NCBI GenBank assembly: GCA_963841015.1
Contig: CAWJAX010000002.1
Coordinates: 160,001-224,000, forward strand
Length of the DNA: 64,000 nucleotides
Reading direction: 5' to 3'
From: an uncultured Methanoregulaceae archaeon
GTDB lineage: Archaea; Halobacteriota; Methanomicrobia; Methanomicrobiales; Methanospirillaceae
Shown piece after piece: positions 62,662-64,000 of this stretch. The notes beneath the pieces were generated by a model that ran no database searches, was not told where the DNA came from, and saw only the letters and a program-made list of their open reading frames with translations. Numbering within the stretch: position 1 is the stretch's first letter; every line of letters begins with the position of its first letter. Made by a program: the position numbers and the translations under genes.

Positions 62662-63654
62662 ATGACCCGCATGAATGCAGAAATCAAGGCGGAATTACTG
62701 GCCCTGGGAAAAGTCGATGTCGAGCCGGCATTGTTACCACGACCTTCCCGATCTACAGCGGGTCCCGGTACAGGACTTCGCTCCATTTTCTTTAAATCCG
62801 GGGGTCACCGGGTCAGGATGGAGATCGATCCAGGATCCCCCTTAAAGATGGTAGAGCAAAACGGGGATGTCGTTATCCTGAAAGACAACAGGGAACTGGT
62901 GCGGGGAATAATTGACCCGGTCGTAGCCCACTGTCCCGAACAGACCTATATCACGATCAGTGAACAGTGCAGGTATGACTGCAAGTTCTGTTCTGTCCCC
63001 AAGTTCCAGGGAAAGATCAAGACCCTTGAGGAGGTCCTTGCAATCGTTGAAAAGGTGAAAAAAGAAGGGAATTTAAAGACGATTGCCTTCACCTCGGGGG
63101 TCGCTACTACACCGGAAAACGAGATCGACCGGGTCGTGGAATATGTGCAGGCTGTCCGGCACTACAACGTCCCGATCGGTGTTGCGGTCTACCCGACAAA
63201 GGACTCGTCACAGCGGCTCAAAGATGCAGGGGTGACAGAAGTAAAATACAATGTGGAGACCATGGACAAGGAGATCTTTGAGCGGGTCTGTTCCGGGAGA
63301 AAAGGCCACTCCCTCGATTTTATCCTGGATTCGTTACGGGATGCTGTAAAAGTATTCGGCAGGAACCGGGTCTCTTCAAACATTATCATCGGGCTTGGGG
63401 AGACCGATGAATGCGTCAGAAAAGGTGTTGAATACCTCGCAAAGATGGAAGTCATTGCCGTTCTCCGCCCGATAACCATTTCTCCCTACCGTAAAGGGGA
63501 AATTCTGGCAACCCGGCCAAGCGCTGAAAGGTTGCTGAAGCTCACGAAAATGACGCGTGATATCCTGAAAAAATATGACCTGCACGTCGAAGTTTCCCGG
63601 ACCATGTGTCTTCCCTGTACCGGCTGTGACCTTACACCGGGCCGTGATGTGTGA
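62662..63654 (+). CDS. Radical SAM protein (BioB-like, methanogen family)
   Basis: CRYDCKFC motif, STAGPG, AHCPEQ, C-terminal CLPCTGCD. Confidence 0.9.
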   Translation: MTRMNAEIKAELLALGKVDVEPALLPRPSRSTAGPGTGLRSIFFKSGGHRVRMEIDPGSPLKMVEQNGDVVILKDNRELVRGIIDPVVAHCPEQTYITISEQCRYDCKFCSVPKFQGKIKTLEEVLAIVEKVKKEGNLKTIAFTSGVATTPENEIDRVVEYVQAVRHYNVPIGVAVYPTKDSSQRLKDAGVTEVKYNVETMDKEIFERVCSGRKGHSLDFILDSLRDAVKVFGRNRVSSNIIIGLGETDECVRKGVEYLAKMEVIAVLRPITISPYRKGEILATRPSAERLLKLTKMTRDILKKYDLHVEVSRTMCLPCTGCDLTPGRDV

Positions 63655-63692
63655 GAGGGGTTATGGGAGTGGGTAGTTTTTCCTTTTTTTTT

Positions 63693-63899
63693 GCTCTGTA
63701 GAAATGTTCAATTACAAGCTAAACGCTCAAGGGGGTTTCACCCCCGCCGCTGTGGCTCCCCCAACGCGATAACTCCCGAACAGGTGCTACGTTATCATCG
63801 CTCAGCGCAGGGGCGGCATGGGGGGACAGGCACTGTCCCCTCCTCCATTCATACCAGCATCTTGAATTTCATATCAATGGAAAAGGAATTCTACAGAGC
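63693..63899. mobile_element. MITE copy 3 with perfect 11-bp terminal inverted repeats
   Basis: GCTCTGTAGAA (63693-63703) and TTCTACAGAGC (63889-63899); non-coding and hairpin-rich. Confidence 0.85.
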
Positions 63900-64000
63900 C
63901 CTTTTTTTAAAAAGGAATACGAACGGTGTGACAATACTCTTTTGTTCCAACCGGAGTCTGTCTTATCCCCTGTTCATTGTATGCATTGGTTCAGGTGAGG

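Noticed and set aside
1-64000. tRNA, rRNA, integrase or transposase genes
   Set aside because: No recognisable cloverleaf, rRNA sequence, or tyrosine/serine/DDE recombinase motifs were seen by eye.

Overview
Archaeal DNA, most consistent with a Methanomicrobiales (Methanoregula-like) methanogen; this is inferred from gene content, GGTGA/GGAG Shine-Dalgarno sites and TATA promoters. The window is an accessory, stress-gene-rich region with no rRNA, tRNA, CRISPR array, integrase or transposase that I could recognise. Genes include two type II toxin-antitoxin pairs, a TPR protein, a sulfur uptake/transfer cluster (SLC13-TrkA_C permease, MBL-rhodanese, two YeeE/YedE), gdhA, a yqjDEK-like/LEA-like/DUF1328 stress cluster, ABC, AI-2E, CLC and MscS transporters, acetolactate decarboxylase, a membrane-tailed DnaJ, RecQ, a nitroreductase, an amidohydrolase and a radical SAM enzyme. 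The main signals not explained by ordinary annotation are four. (1) A 21-28 bp motif (ATCT-GCCAACAGAACGCGAATATGA) recurs about 10 times, mostly in direct orientation, and cuts 26.6-29.5 kb and 33.1-34.5 kb into single-gene, cassette-like units; one unit is duplicated starting at the motif. (2) Two signal-coupled diadenylate cyclases: REC-PAS-PAS-DAC and a secreted PKD-PKD-TM-DAC receptor. (3) A TTTCARAWTTTG box sits about 15 nt upstream of the TATA box of about 10 stress-type genes. (4) Three copies of a ~205 bp structured MITE. Many genes carry 1-nt frameshifts, often in homopolymers, which probably reflects assembly indels. All family assignments come from reading motifs by eye, not from database searches.
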